From Pseudomonadota bacterium (GTDB lineage: Bacteria; Pseudomonadota; Gammaproteobacteria; SURF-13): a stretch of 64,000 nt of DNA. The stretch's first letter is position 1; each line of letters begins with the position of its first letter. The stretch spans positions 11,970 to 75,969 of the forward strand of contig JBFLZV010000003.1 of NCBI GenBank assembly GCA_040756035.1. The letters are read 5' to 3'. The notes under the pieces were generated by a model, which worked only from the letters and a program-made list of their open reading frames with translations, searched no databases and was not told the DNA's origin. The position numbers and the translations under genes are program-made. Positions 19,701 to 38,353 of this stretch are shown in pieces.

Positions 19701-22700
19701 CAACAGCGGGCCGGTGGTGAGATCGAATGCGCGCCGCACATCGTGCTCCACCAGTGCGCTCATTTTCTCGGCACGCTGCTCCGCATTCAAATTAGAGAAG
19801 CCTAGAATCGGCACCTCGGCGGTCATCGTCGGCAGAATTTCCTGATAATCGCCCTGCGCGCTGAATACGGTGCGCAACGCCTCGTGGCGCGCGACCAAAT
19901 TTTGCACGGCCTCGCGCAGCGCGGCGTTGTTCAACGGGCCGCGCAGATGCAGCATCAGGGAATCGTTGTAACAACACGATGCCTCCTCGCCCAGCTGCGC
20001 GGCGATCCAAAGTTCCTTCTGAGGTCCGGTCAACGGCAAGCGCACCGGCTCGCGCGCCTCGGCGCTTCGCGCGATCTCGCGCCGCACCGGCTGCGGCGAG
20101 TCGGCCTCCTGCTCCGCGGGCTCGGGGAAAAATCCGCCCGCCTGCATTTCCGCAATGCTTTCCTTGAAGGCGCGGATGATTCGATCGATGTCCTCGTCGC
20201 TGTGCGCGGTGGAAAGAAAGCACGGGCGGCCTTCCCAAATGTGGATACCCTTGTCGCGTAAATGATAAAAAAGCAGGCCGGCGAATTTTTGCTCGCCCTC
20301 GAAGTGCACATAGAACATGGAGCTGAAATGTGTGATGCGCACGGGTGCTTGATGTGCACGGAAATAATCGTTGAGCACCGCGGCCAAAGCCGCCGTTTTG
20401 CGATTCAACTGCTCCTGCAAACCGGGCCCGCTGCGTTTCAAGTGTTCGAGCACCGCGCGCGCCGCGGTCAAAGCGAGAGGATGGCGCACGAAGGTGCCGG
20501 CAAAGAACGTCACGCCGACCTCCGGAAACGAGTTGTCTCCGTAATTCCACGCGCCGCCGTCGAAGGCGTCCAGATAACGCGCCCGCCCCGCCAACGCGCC
20601 GATGGGCATGCCGCCGCCGATCACCTTGCCGTAGGTGGCGAGGTCGGCGCGCACGTCGAACAGCGCCTGCGCGCCGCCGGGATGCGCGCGGAAACCGGTG
20701 ATGACTTCATCGAAGATGAGCGCCGTGTCCGAGGCCGCGGTCAGGCGCCGCACCTCTTGCAGAAATTCCCTGGGTTGCAAATCGGGATGCCGGCTCTGCA
20801 CGGGTTCGACCAGCACGGCGGCGAGTTGCGGGCCGTGCTTTTTCAGCAACGCGAGCGACGCGGGCGCACCGTACTCCAAAACCAGCACGTCCTGCACCAT
20901 GTGTTCCGGTATGCCGGGCGCTATCGGCAGCGGGCGCGAATGTCCGCCGCGCGTGGACGCGCGCACCAGCACTTCGTCGAAAATGCCGTGATAAGAGCCG
21001 GCGAACAACGCGATTTTGTCGCGCCCGCTGACGGTGCGCGCCGCACGCAGCGCCGCCATCACCGCCTCGGAACCGGTGTTGCAAAAAATCGCGCGCTCCA
21101 TGCCGGTGAACGCGCACAGCGCTTCCGCGACTTTGCCGGCCAGCGGCGAAGTCGGCCCGATTTCCATGCCCGACTCGAGCTGATCCTGCAACGCCTCGGT
21201 GACGAAAGGCGGCGCATGGCCGAATAGATTGACGCCGAAGCCCATGGTCAAGTCGATATACTCATTGCCGTCCACGTCCCAAATTTTGGAGCCGGACGAA
21301 CGCGCGGCGACGATCGGATAAACCATTTCCTTCCATTGCAAACGAAATCCAGAAACCGCGCGCGGGTCGCAAAAATGCGCGCGGTGCGCCTTGGTGTAGC
21401 GCTTGGACTCCGCGGTGCGCCGCGTATAGCGCCCGATCAACGCCCCCAAGTGTTTTTGCTGACGCGCGTTGAGGCCGCCGCCGATTCCTTTTTCAATGGG
21501 CTTGTAAGGGCCAAAGGGCTTACTCTCCGCGCGCGCTTCCCGCACCGTGTGCCGCGCCATGCTCGCCGGCGCGCCCACGTCGGGCGCCGCAGCCTCGGCG
21601 TTTCCGGCCTTGCCCCAGAGTGCGGCGCTGCGGCGCAACTCCTCCAATTGTTTTTCAATGAGCGCCAATTGCCGCGCCACGGCGTCGGCCTGCGGTTGCG
21701 CGGGAGCGGTTTTCTCCGAGGCGGAATCGGATACTTCATCCTCGCGCAACGCCTCGGTCGGCAAGGAACGATCCAGGTAGCCCGCCAGCGCTTCCAGCGT
21801 GGCGGATTCCTCCAGCAGTTGGCGGAACGGAACTTTCACGTTGAATTTTTTTTGCAGCGCGTGGCTGATCTGCGTGAGAAACAGAGAATCAAAGCCCATT
21901 TCCAAAAACGTCGTGGTGGCGCCGATGGCGGTTATGTCCAACCCCGACAATTCGCTCAAAGCCTCTTGCAGCATCGGCAGCAGCTTTTCCCGCCGGCTGA
22001 ACGACTTTTTTACACTCGTTTCAATCATTTGTTCCTCAAGCATGACGCCCTCCTCGCACTCTTCTCCCTTAATGATTTTTTGTGCAACTCTATTTTTTGC
22101 GCGCGGCGGTTCCACCCAGTAATGTTTCCGCTCGAACGCGTAACCGGGCAATGGCACGCGCCGCCGCCGCTCATGCGCGTGAAATTGCGTCCAATTAACC
22201 GTCGCGCCGGTCAACCACAACCGGCCCACGGCATCCAGCAAACAAGCGATGTCCGACCGATTATCCTGTGCGGCGCGTGCCGAGGTGATAACGGATTGCT
22301 CGGCGCGCTTGGCGGGATGCTGGCGCGCCAGCGTGCTCAGTGTTTGTCCGGGGCCGACTTCCAAAAGAACGTGTTCGGTTTTGTTCAGCAGCGTTTGCAA
22401 GCCGGCGGCGAAACGCACGGTGTGGCGCATGTGCCGCACCCAGTACTGCGGATCGGTCGCCTGCGCGGCGTCGATCCACGTTCCGGTGACGTTGGAGACG
22501 TAGGGAATCTGCGGGGGATGCAGGGCAACTTTGCGCAGTTGTTCGAGAAACGGCGCGAGGATCGGCTCCACCATCATGGAGTGGAAGGCGTGCGAGGTGT
22601 GCAGGCGCCGGTGCACGATTTCTTCCTTGGTGAGCCGCTCTTCCAGCGCCTCGATCGCGGCGTTCGGACCGGACACGACGCACAGCGCGGACCCGTTCAC

Positions 22701-24740
22701 CGCCGCCAGGCACAGTTCGCCGCCCAGCAACGGCTGCACCGTCTCTTCGTTCACACGCACGGCGAGCATGGCGCCGCCGGGCAAACTTTGGACGAGCCGC
22801 GCCCGCTCCGCCAGCAAGTTGAGCGCGTCGTGCAGCGTAAGCACGCCCGCCAGGCAAGCCGCCGTGTATTCGCCGAGGCTGTGTCCGATCATGGCCTGCG
22901 GCCGCACGCCCCACGCCATCCATAGTTTGGCGAGCGCGTATTCCACCGTGAACAGCGCCGGCTGCGTGATCCAGGTTTGTCCTAGCAGCTTCCGCGCCTG
23001 TTCCGTTTGCTCGGCGGATGGATACAATACGCTGCGCAGGTCGAGGCCCAGCAACGGTTGTAATAATTCCGCGCAGGCGTTGACGTGTTCCTGGAACACC
23101 GGCTCGCTCTCGTACAGCTCGCGGCACATATCGACGTGCTGCGCGCCCTGTCCAGGAAACATGAAGACCACCGGCGCCTGATCGTGCACGGCGACGTGCG
23201 TGGCCATGCGCGCGGCGTCATCCGCGCGCAAGATTCGTAGCGCGTCCGCCGCGTCTTGGCACACCAACATGCGCCGATGCGCATAGTGCTTGCGTCCGGC
23301 GTGTAACGTAAACGCGGCGTCGGCAAGATTAACTTCGGGTTGGCGCTCCAAATGTTCGGCCAGGGCGTCGGTCGTCGCATTCAGCGCGGCGGCGGTTTTC
23401 GCGGACAAGGTCAACACTTGCCAGGGCCGCGTCGCCTGCGCCGCGGCCGGCGCGGGCGCCTCTTCCAGCACTACGTGCACATTGGTGCCGCCGATGCCGA
23501 ACGAACTCACGCCGGCGCGGCGCGGCAATTTATCCGTGCGCCACTCGCGCAGTTCGGAGTTGACGTAGAACGGACTGTTGGCGAAATCGATTTTCGGATT
23601 AGGCTGCTCGAAGTGCAGGCTGGGCGGCAACATTTTGTGATGCAGCATCAAGGCGGTTTTAACCAATCCGGCGACGCCCGCCGCGATGTCCAAATGCCCG
23701 ATGTTGGTTTTCACCGAGCCGATGGCGCAAAAGTTTTTCTCCTGCGTCGCAACACGGAAGGCCTGTGTGAGACCGGCGATTTCTATGGGATCACCGAGCG
23801 GCGTGCCGGTGCCGTGCGCCTCCACGTAGGTGACGGTGTCGGGCTCGACGCCGGCCACGGCCTGCGCCATCGTGATCACCCGCGCCTGGCCGTCGATGCT
23901 CGGCGCTGTGTAGCCGGCCTTGAGCGCACCGTCATTGTTGACGGCGCCGCCCTTGATGACGGCCCAGATATGATCGCCGTCGGCCATGGCGTCGTCCAAT
24001 CTCTTCAGCACCACCGCCGCGGCGCCCTGCCCGCCCACCATGCCCTGCGCCTTGGCGTCGAACGCGCGGCAGTGACCATCGCCGGAATAGATGCCGCCTT
24101 CCTGGTACAAGTGGCCGCGCTTTTGCGGAAACGATATGGAGACGCCGCCGGCCAACGCCATGTCGCACTGGTAATCGAGCAGACTTTGGCAAGCGCTGTA
24201 CACCGCCACCAGCGACGTGGAGCACGCGGTCTGCACCGTCATGCTCGGACCTTGCAAATTCAACTTATAGGAAACGCGCGTGGCGAGAAAATCCTTGTCG
24301 TTGGCGATGATGGGCGCCAATCCGGTCAGGCTCCGGAATTTCGGATGCGGATACAGATTATGCAGCAAGTAGCTGTTCGTGCCGGCGCCCGCGTACACGC
24401 CTATCAATCCGGGGTAAGTATCCGGATCGTAACCGGCATTCTCCAAGGCATGCCAGCAGCATTCCAAAAATACGCGCTGCTGCGGATCGATGATCTCCGC
24501 TTCCCGGGGTTGATAGCCGAAGAACGCCGCGTCGAATGCGATGGCGTCGTCCAGCACGGCGCGCGCGCGCACGTAGTTCGGATCATGAATGAGCGCGTCA
24601 TCCACGCCGGATTCTTCCAGCTCCTGCGCAGTAAAAAATCTTACAGATTCCTTGCCGCCTTGCAGGTTGCGCCAGAATTCCTCAATATCGTTCGCGCCGG
24701 GAAATCGTCCGGCCATGCCGATAATGGCTATCCCTTCCAT
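16743..24740 (-). CDS. hybrid PKS-NRPS: KS-AT-ACP-aminotransferase(AMT)-C-A-T
   Basis: KS (TACSTSLVA, EAHGTGT, HLDIAAG-type), AT (GHSLGEY, HAFH = malonyl-specific), ACP (LEMGFDSLF), class-III aminotransferase domain (GSEAVMAALRAAR, KVIGGGMP; the PLP Lys lies in the latter), C (HHIVCDGWS), A, PCP (FFALGGHSLLAI). Confidence 0.9.
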   Translation of the reverse strand: MEGIAIIGMAGRFPGANDIEEFWRNLQGGKESVRFFTAQELEESGVDDALIHDPNYVRARAVLDDAIAFDAAFFGYQPREAEIIDPQQRVFLECCWHALENAGYDPDTYPGLIGVYAGAGTNSYLLHNLYPHPKFRSLTGLAPIIANDKDFLATRVSYKLNLQGPSMTVQTACSTSLVAVYSACQSLLDYQCDMALAGGVSISFPQKRGHLYQEGGIYSGDGHCRAFDAKAQGMVGGQGAAAVVLKRLDDAMADGDHIWAVIKGGAVNNDGALKAGYTAPSIDGQARVITMAQAVAGVEPDTVTYVEAHGTGTPLGDPIEIAGLTQAFRVATQEKNFCAIGSVKTNIGHLDIAAGVAGLVKTALMLHHKMLPPSLHFEQPNPKIDFANSPFYVNSELREWRTDKLPRRAGVSSFGIGGTNVHVVLEEAPAPAAAQATRPWQVLTLSAKTAAALNATTDALAEHLERQPEVNLADAAFTLHAGRKHYAHRRMLVCQDAADALRILRADDAARMATHVAVHDQAPVVFMFPGQGAQHVDMCRELYESEPVFQEHVNACAELLQPLLGLDLRSVLYPSAEQTEQARKLLGQTWITQPALFTVEYALAKLWMAWGVRPQAMIGHSLGEYTAACLAGVLTLHDALNLLAERARLVQSLPGGAMLAVRVNEETVQPLLGGELCLAAVNGSALCVVSGPNAAIEALEERLTKEEIVHRRLHTSHAFHSMMVEPILAPFLEQLRKVALHPPQIPYVSNVTGTWIDAAQATDPQYWVRHMRHTVRFAAGLQTLLNKTEHVLLEVGPGQTLSTLARQHPAKRAEQSVITSARAAQDNRSDIACLLDAVGRLWLTGATVNWTQFHAHERRRRVPLPGYAFERKHYWVEPPRAKNRVAQKIIKGEECEEGVMLEEQMIETSVKKSFSRREKLLPMLQEALSELSGLDITAIGATTTFLEMGFDSLFLTQISHALQKKFNVKVPFRQLLEESATLEALAGYLDRSLPTEALREDEVSDSASEKTAPAQPQADAVARQLALIEKQLEELRRSAALWGKAGNAEAAAPDVGAPASMARHTVREARAESKPFGPYKPIEKGIGGGLNARQQKHLGALIGRYTRRTAESKRYTKAHRAHFCDPRAVSGFRLQWKEMVYPIVAARSSGSKIWDVDGNEYIDLTMGFGVNLFGHAPPFVTEALQDQLESGMEIGPTSPLAGKVAEALCAFTGMERAIFCNTGSEAVMAALRAARTVSGRDKIALFAGSYHGIFDEVLVRASTRGGHSRPLPIAPGIPEHMVQDVLVLEYGAPASLALLKKHGPQLAAVLVEPVQSRHPDLQPREFLQEVRRLTAASDTALIFDEVITGFRAHPGGAQALFDVRADLATYGKVIGGGMPIGALAGRARYLDAFDGGAWNYGDNSFPEVGVTFFAGTFVRHPLALTAARAVLEHLKRSGPGLQEQLNRKTAALAAVLNDYFRAHQAPVRITHFSSMFYVHFEGEQKFAGLLFYHLRDKGIHIWEGRPCFLSTAHSDEDIDRIIRAFKESIAEMQAGGFFPEPAEQEADSPQPVRREIARSAEAREPVRLPLTGPQKELWIAAQLGEEASCCYNDSLMLHLRGPLNNAALREAVQNLVARHEALRTVFSAQGDYQEILPTMTAEVPILGFSNLNAEQRAEKMSALVEHDVRRAFDLTTGPLLRFHLVKLEDLHHFLLITAHHIVCDGWSVGVLLRDLGALYAAACTGTDAALAPPMQFSEYARLQAEQAQSPERVAAETYWVQQFSEPVAALELPTDRPRPPVLTYNGARYVFSIGQPLYQDIKRAAMRHSCTLFCMLLAAFEVFLHRMSGQEDIVVGIPAAGQIPVSGDSLVGHCVNFLPLRRPVMGEKKAADFLKEIKAAVLDIHEYQHYTYGSLLEKLNVTRDPGRTPLTTVTFNVDYAQDHLMFHDLHVEARSNPKKNINFDLKVNIVETGSEFRVQWDYNTDLFDAATIERWARHYQTLLADLSAHPGKRLSELALLTEEERQALLHDGNATATPYPRDATLAQLFEQQAAATPDHVALVHEHAQLTYAELNQRANALAHHLQAHGAGPEVRIGLCLERSLDLLVGLVAILKAGAAYVPLDPAYPAERQRFILQDAGITLLLTQAHLRARLPDSIVPTLCLDSDWPSLQQHYPDHNPVSQASADSLAYILYTSGSTGQPKGVMIEHGALVHLHQALADTVYHDLAPARPLRVSLNGPIYFDTSVKQWLQLLSGHTLCLVPEACRPDGAALLEYLATARIDVLDTTPTQLTLLTQAGLLAPDTYRPICLLIGGEALVSGLWEAIAACPDWAAYNLYGPTECTVDATFARLTPGSTPHLGHALPHVGLRIFDAERQPVPVGVAGELYIGGTGVGRGYLNRPDLTIQRFVIDPYQPGARLYQTGDRVRRRSDGMLEYLGRLDGQVKLRGYRIELGEIEALLQTHPGVQAAAVSVREDAPGDVRERTIIAQGKSPGAADARLVAYIVARDGDKPDEASLRAHLSARLPEYLLPSAYVSLPQLPLTRHGKLDRNALPAPPVEASVMPVPGAAPEGPIEQVIAMLYAQVLGRGQIDRHSGFFALGGHSLLAIQVLARLREALGVSVPVRTLFEAPSVSALCARLTATVSDPARLEARARLYTEVAQLSPEAVRAQLAQRRAIKRAGGE
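18187..18789. repeat. 603-bp direct repeat copy 2 (inside the A domain of the hybrid gene)
   Basis: See copy 1; single mismatch near the 3' end. Confidence 0.95.
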
Positions 24741-24774
24741 GTTATTCTCCCTGTCCGACTCGTATTCTACCTAC

Positions 24775-30192
<5,418 letters not shown>

Positions 30193-30276
30193 TAAACCCT
30201 CCTCCCTGAGGTTCACCGATGTTTTAATTAATCCCGCATTAACTCGCGGCGCGCATAATGCACGCGGCGCCCGCAA

Positions 30277-30649
30277 AGTCGGGCGCGGACAAAACTAACG
30301 GGGAGGAAATCGACGTTACAGCCGCTGGTTGATTCATGGCGCTCCTTGTCCGTTGTTATTGGCGCTCGTCAAACCTGCCGTCCGAAAATATTCGCAAACA
30401 GATCTCCGCGCCTTGCGTTCCTGCTTACACCTTTTTTGCAAAAGTGTAACAAGCGAGATACACACGCTCTTTCCTGCAAATACAATCAAATACTTGCAAG
30501 TAATAAAGAAAAGCAAAGATTCGGGCTTTGCTTTTCGTGCTCCGAGAAGCCGGGAACGGGCTTCAAGGTTCCTCTATAAATATAGTAAATTTTAAACAAA
30601 AGCAAGAGCTTTTTCCGCCGGACGGCCACGGGCGCGCCGGTCCGCGCAA
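30277..30649 (-). promoter_or_regulatory. AT-rich (~40% GC) internal intergenic region of the NRPS island. It carries the perfect palindrome TACTTGCAAGTA (30491-30502), the near-palindrome TACACCTTTTTTGCAAAAGTGTAA (30428-30451) and the hairpin AAGCAAAG/CTTTGCTT
   Basis: GC drop relative to flanks; palindromes read directly in the sequence; sits immediately upstream of the FkbH-NRPS start. Confidence 0.5.
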
Positions 30650-33600
30650 TCAGCGCGTTCGTTCATTGCGCGCAACCGCCTCCGGATGTTCGCGGCGCGC
30701 CCGCAAGGCCGCGTCGATACGGCGCGCCAGATCGGCCAGCGTAGGCGTTTCAAAAAACGTGCGTAACGGAATTTCCACGCGCAGCGCGGCGCGCAGCCGC
30801 GAGATAATTTGCGCGGCGTGCAGGGAATGGCCGCCTAATTCGAAGAAATTATCGTGCCTGTCAATGTGCGCCAAGCCCAGCACATCCTTCCAAATTTCTC
30901 CCAGTGCGTTTTCCAGCGCGCCCTCTAGAAAATAGTCGGAAGCTCGATGCTGTTTGGGGGGTGGCAAAGCGTGATAATCCACTTTACCGTTGGGCAGACG
31001 CGGCAAGGCGTCCAGCACCACGAACAACGGCGGCACCATGTGTTCGGGCAGCGCGCGCCGCGCGAAACTGCGCAACTGCGCAACCAGCAAATGGCGGCTG
31101 TCATCGACGACGCCGGACGTTGCCGGTTTGTTGGCGTAGTCACTCCAATTTTTACGGCGCACCGCTTCCGGCTCGAATCGGAACACCGGCCGCCGGACGT
31201 ACTGCATTCTCTTGCGCTGCAACAGCACGTCGAAGCAGTCGAGATGCGCGTCGCCCGACCATGTAATGCTCGCCTGATAACCTAATTCTTCACCCAGCGC
31301 CCATAAGTCTCCGGGCTCCACGCCGATCTCACGCGGCGACTCCTGTAATATTTTGCGCAATTCGCCCGCGTTCGCGGTGATGGCGTCCGCCTCCAATAAT
31401 TCCAAGGCCTTCACCTCACTTAGCAGACGTGCATTGGGAACATGCTTGATGCCCAGGGTGTCTGTACTATTTTCCGCCAGCAGCCGGCGCAACGCCGCAA
31501 TCGTCAAACCATGTTTCCGCCAGTCCAGCCACGTGATATACAACGCGTGGGAGGACGATGCCCCGATGTGCAGCATCACATCATATTTGAAGCGCGTGAT
31601 TTCATTGTGGCAGCGCCCGCCTTTGAGCTGCATCTCCACGTGGCTAATCTTGGGCAGACGCTCGGCCAGTGCATTAAACAAGGCGGGGTCGACGGCCAAG
31701 TCCTTTTCGCGCGCCAAGTGTTCCTGTACGAGTTTACATAGATCGGCCTTGGTCGTTGCAGGCGGGGCAAGCCGCATCTGCACCGAGGCGTGAAACACTT
31801 TCAGCAACGGCAAACTGCGAATGCCGCCGAGAAACACCACGCCGCCGGGCTTGACGTGTTCAACGGCGTTTTCCAAGACGTTGATAAGATATTCCACGCC
31901 GGGGAAGTGCTGCACGACCTCATTGATAACGACGACGTCAAACTTCTCGACCCCGCACGCCACCGCTTCATGCGCCGCCTCGTGCAGCAGTGTCAACGTA
32001 GCGAATTTGGCGGGACGCGTCGCCATACGCCGCTGCAGGCGCTCGATGGCCACGGAGGAAATGTCCGTGCCGCAATAATGTTTACAATGCGGACCGATTC
32101 TGTCCAGCAGTAAACCAGAGCCGCAGCCGATCTCCATAACGCGCGCGGGTTGCAGCGCCAGAATACGCCGCGCGGTATCGTCCACGCATTCGGTAATCTC
32201 CTCCAGCGGCAGCGCCTCGCGCGTATAACTACTGATCCAAATTTTTAAATTAATCGCCGCGTCCGTTTGCAAAAAGTCCTGGTCCTGACCGTAAAGATCG
32301 TCATACATGGCGCGATATTGTTCGACGTGGCGCACGTCCTCGCCACCCTTGTATTTCGGTTCGTCCACGGCATCGGCGCACAGCGGGAACTTCGGCGCCA
32401 CGTATGCCACCAAGCGCTTGTCGCCGAGCGTATCCTCGCGCACCATCACCGCGGCCTCGCGCACCGCGTCGTGTTCATGCAGCACGGCCTCGATCTCGCC
32501 CGGCTCGATCCGATAACCGCGCAGCTTTACCTGGCGGTCCATGCGGCCTATAAACTCCAGATCGCCGCTCGGCAAGTAGCGCGCCAGATCGCCCGTTGCA
32601 TACAAACGCGCGTCCGGTGCGGAGCTGAACGGATCGGCGATGAATTTCTGCGCGGTCAAATTGGGCTGGTTAAGATAACCGCGCGCCACGCCCGGCCCGC
32701 CGATGCACAGTTCGCCCGCCGCACCCTCCGTCACCGGGCGGTGTTGTGCGTCCAGCAAATAAATGCGCGTGCCGGCCGGCGCGCGGCCGATGGGCACCGG
32801 CGTCTTGGCATCGTGCCGACGGCAGTCATACACACTGCACCACACCGTGCCCTCGGTGGGCCCATATTCATTGAACAACGGCGTTGCGCCCAACGCCGCG
32901 CGGTGCCGCTCCACCAATTTGATCGGGCAGACTTCCCCCGCCACGACCACCGTGCGCAGCGAAGTTAGTGCGTACGTCTCCGCATGTTCTAAAATGTGCT
33001 CATAGAAAACCGGCAGGCACAGCAGGTGCGTAATCCGGCTCTGTTCGATTGTGCGCGCAACATACGCGGGATCACGTTGCAGATCGGGAGTCAGTAGGAA
33101 CAGCGTCCCACCTTGGCACAGTGTCCAGTAAATGCCTGCCACCGAACTATCGAAAGCGAATTGCGAGAGCAACAGGAAGCGCGCGACCGGGATTTTGTAA
33201 TAATCCAACCGCGCGCGCGTGGAGTATGCAAGGTTCTTGCGCGTGATTAGCACGCCCTTGGCGCGCCCCGTCGATCCGGACGTGTAAATAACATAGGCGA
33301 GATTTTGCGCGTGCGCGGCGTCGGAAATATTTTCCGCGCTCTCGCGATTGATTGCGGACATCGCGGCGTCGAGTTGCACGATGCATCCACCGAAACGCGG
33401 GAAGCGCCCGCTCATGGCCGCGCCGGTGAGCAACAGCGATGCGCGCGCGTCTTCCAGCATCCAAGCCAGACGCTCATGCGGATATGCCATATCCAGAGGC
33501 AAATAGGCCGCGCCGCTTTTTAGAACGCCGAGCATACCGAGCAGCATATCCAGCGGGCTATTCAAGTAAAGCGCCACCAGCACATCTGGGCCGGCGCCCG

Positions 33601-33757
33601 CCTTACGCAAGTGGCGTGCAATTTGATTGGCGCGCCGGTTCAACGCGCCGTAACTGACGGATTCTTGTTCGAATACTAAGGCGATAGCATCGGGTGCGCG
33701 CGTCGCCCGCGCCTCGAACCAACGCAGCACGCATTGATTTTCCTCATCGGCGCTCAT
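30650..33757 (-). CDS. free-standing NRPS initiation didomain A(N-methyltransferase inserted)-T
   Basis: A domain core motifs (LSYGALNRRAN, YTSGSTGRAKGV, NEYGPTEGTV, GRMDRQVKLRGYRIEPGEIE ... LPNGKVD) with a ~500-aa insertion between A8 and A10 containing the SAM motif VMEIGCGSGLLLD; C-terminal PCP FFELGGHSLHAAQI; no C domain. Confidence 0.9.
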   Translation of the reverse strand: MSADEENQCVLRWFEARATRAPDAIALVFEQESVSYGALNRRANQIARHLRKAGAGPDVLVALYLNSPLDMLLGMLGVLKSGAAYLPLDMAYPHERLAWMLEDARASLLLTGAAMSGRFPRFGGCIVQLDAAMSAINRESAENISDAAHAQNLAYVIYTSGSTGRAKGVLITRKNLAYSTRARLDYYKIPVARFLLLSQFAFDSSVAGIYWTLCQGGTLFLLTPDLQRDPAYVARTIEQSRITHLLCLPVFYEHILEHAETYALTSLRTVVVAGEVCPIKLVERHRAALGATPLFNEYGPTEGTVWCSVYDCRRHDAKTPVPIGRAPAGTRIYLLDAQHRPVTEGAAGELCIGGPGVARGYLNQPNLTAQKFIADPFSSAPDARLYATGDLARYLPSGDLEFIGRMDRQVKLRGYRIEPGEIEAVLHEHDAVREAAVMVREDTLGDKRLVAYVAPKFPLCADAVDEPKYKGGEDVRHVEQYRAMYDDLYGQDQDFLQTDAAINLKIWISSYTREALPLEEITECVDDTARRILALQPARVMEIGCGSGLLLDRIGPHCKHYCGTDISSVAIERLQRRMATRPAKFATLTLLHEAAHEAVACGVEKFDVVVINEVVQHFPGVEYLINVLENAVEHVKPGGVVFLGGIRSLPLLKVFHASVQMRLAPPATTKADLCKLVQEHLAREKDLAVDPALFNALAERLPKISHVEMQLKGGRCHNEITRFKYDVMLHIGASSSHALYITWLDWRKHGLTIAALRRLLAENSTDTLGIKHVPNARLLSEVKALELLEADAITANAGELRKILQESPREIGVEPGDLWALGEELGYQASITWSGDAHLDCFDVLLQRKRMQYVRRPVFRFEPEAVRRKNWSDYANKPATSGVVDDSRHLLVAQLRSFARRALPEHMVPPLFVVLDALPRLPNGKVDYHALPPPKQHRASDYFLEGALENALGEIWKDVLGLAHIDRHDNFFELGGHSLHAAQIISRLRAALRVEIPLRTFFETPTLADLARRIDAALRARREHPEAVARNERTR

Positions 33758-34079
33758 GCGTCACCCTATTTATTCGTGCGAGGCGGCTTCTTGTCGAAGA
33801 ACGGCCGCAGCGATACCCGTATGCGGCACGATCGCAAAATTTTACTGCACGAGGGTGGGGGCTGGAGACAAGCCGGCCAAGCCGACACGGTGAAGAAGTA
33901 CAGCACGATGCGTCGTCCATAACGCTCCTTATTCTGTTATAAAATGTTACCGCTAGTTTTTTACTTGCATCGAAAAATATCTCAAAAAATTTAAAAGAGC
34001 AAGTATTTTATTTTTTGAAAAGTTCGTGCCCAAAAATAAAACCGCGCGGCACAGACAAGGGCGCTCAAGAAATTTACAG
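33758..34079 (-). promoter_or_regulatory. AT-rich (~35% GC) region upstream of the NRPS island, downstream of ftsB; it has the half-sites TACTTGC (33962-33968) and GCAAGTA (33999-34005)
   Basis: Strong local GC drop; motif shared with the 30491-30502 palindrome. Confidence 0.5.
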
Positions 34080-35653
<1,574 letters not shown>

Positions 35654-35710
35654 TTATTATTCGGGTAATGGGTAAACAGTTTTCCCGTGAGCACAAACAG
35701 CGCGCCCACC

Positions 35711-38262
<2,552 letters not shown>

Positions 38263-38353
38263 TCAGCACAATAAAAACCGCGCAATAAAGGCACAGGCGC
38301 GCCGCTAAGCGCTTGTTTCACGGCTAGGTTTCCGTTAGCTCAGCCGGAAACAC

